A stretch of DNA of 64,000 nt, taken from sequence record OQ722176.1, one strand, 5' to 3'. Below, piece by piece: positions 63,558-64,000 of the stretch (position 1 is the stretch's first letter; every line of letters begins with the position of its first letter). Both the position numbers and the translations under genes were made by a program. The notes beneath the pieces are model-generated. The model made no database searches, was not told the DNA's origin, and saw nothing but the letters and a program-made list of their open reading frames with translations.

Positions 63558-64000
63558 AACTCGTCCCTATGACGGTCGATTACAGTGGGGATATTTACAC
63601 GATGTGTAAGTATCTCTTACTCAACGACTCACACCCAGGATGTCCTGAAACCAAGATCGGGCGCTTTATGCTCGGTCGTGCAACGGGGCACACAACTTCG
63701 ATGATGCAAGCTTCTGAACGTCTACGACGCGAAGGCTTTAACGTACTTGAAGTCTACTTAAATGAGCAACATCGAGTAATGAACCGTCGTGGCGAAGAAC
63801 ACGATACGGCAACAACTTATGACAGACTCGTACGTGATGGGTTCCATCACCGTGCATTTGTTGGTCGTCGAAATCGCGATATGCCAGACATTATCTTGTT
63901 TGACACATATTCGTTTGCGGAACAGCGCGTTCGCGGGGTTTCTACGAAAGTAGATGAATTGATGCATATTTTGTGGCATCAATTAAACAAGAAAACTGCG
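63554..64000 (+). CDS. hypothetical protein with P-loop-like motif, truncated by window edge
   Basis: Not in track. MKLVPMT..GRATGHTT..DIILFD, open to window end; AGAGG SD. Confidence 0.6.
   Translation, partial: MKLVPMTVDYSGDIYTMCKYLLLNDSHPGCPETKIGRFMLGRATGHTTSMMQASERLRREGFNVLEVYLNEQHRVMNRRGEEHDTATTYDRLVRDGFHHRAFVGRRNRDMPDIILFDTYSFAEQRVRGVSTKVDELMHILWHQLNKKTA

Noticed and set aside
1023-63982. Dozens of 60-150 aa antisense or alternate-frame ORFs inside core genes (e.g. 33200..33622, 50845..51231, 62145..62588)
   Set aside because: They lie wholly within well-supported genes, lack an SD or motifs, and look like codon-bias shadows
1-64000. tRNA or rRNA genes
   Set aside because: Intergenic gaps are short and explained by promoters and terminators; I recognised no cloverleaf or T-loop signatures by eye (tRNAscan not run)

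Overview
This is a 64-kb segment of a large T4-like myovirus genome (Straboviridae-type). The gene set and the enlarged gp35 and gp46 with a short gp24 suggest a Vibrio KVP40-like phage; that assignment is an inference and was not checked by search. The window holds most of the replication, recombination and nucleotide-metabolism core (uvsW, uvsY, rnh, dsbA, 33, 59, 32, frd, uvsX, 40, 41, nrdD/G, 61, dUTPase, dexA, td, 39+60, 30, 55, 47, 46), tail-fibre genes 34 and 35, vertex gene 24, an Alt-like ADP-ribosyltransferase, Sir2, NADAR, a truncated CCA-adding enzyme and many small accessory genes. I found no rRNA, tRNA, CRISPR array, intron or IS element. The most notable observations are four. 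(1) A cohort of late genes has T4 internal-protein-like capsid-targeting N-termini. Two of them, about 52 kb apart, resemble the two halves of the bacterial 'DNA phosphorothioation-associated putative methyltransferase', suggesting a virion-delivered split methyltransferase system. (2) A 71-bp non-coding cassette (hairpin plus 5x9-bp TTAG iterons plus promoter) occurs twice, once at uvsY, and is a candidate replication origin. (3) A repeated early-gene leader and fused terminator/promoter modules flank accessory genes. (4) A 61-aa prepilin-like mini-protein is present. All family assignments come from motifs recognised by eye.
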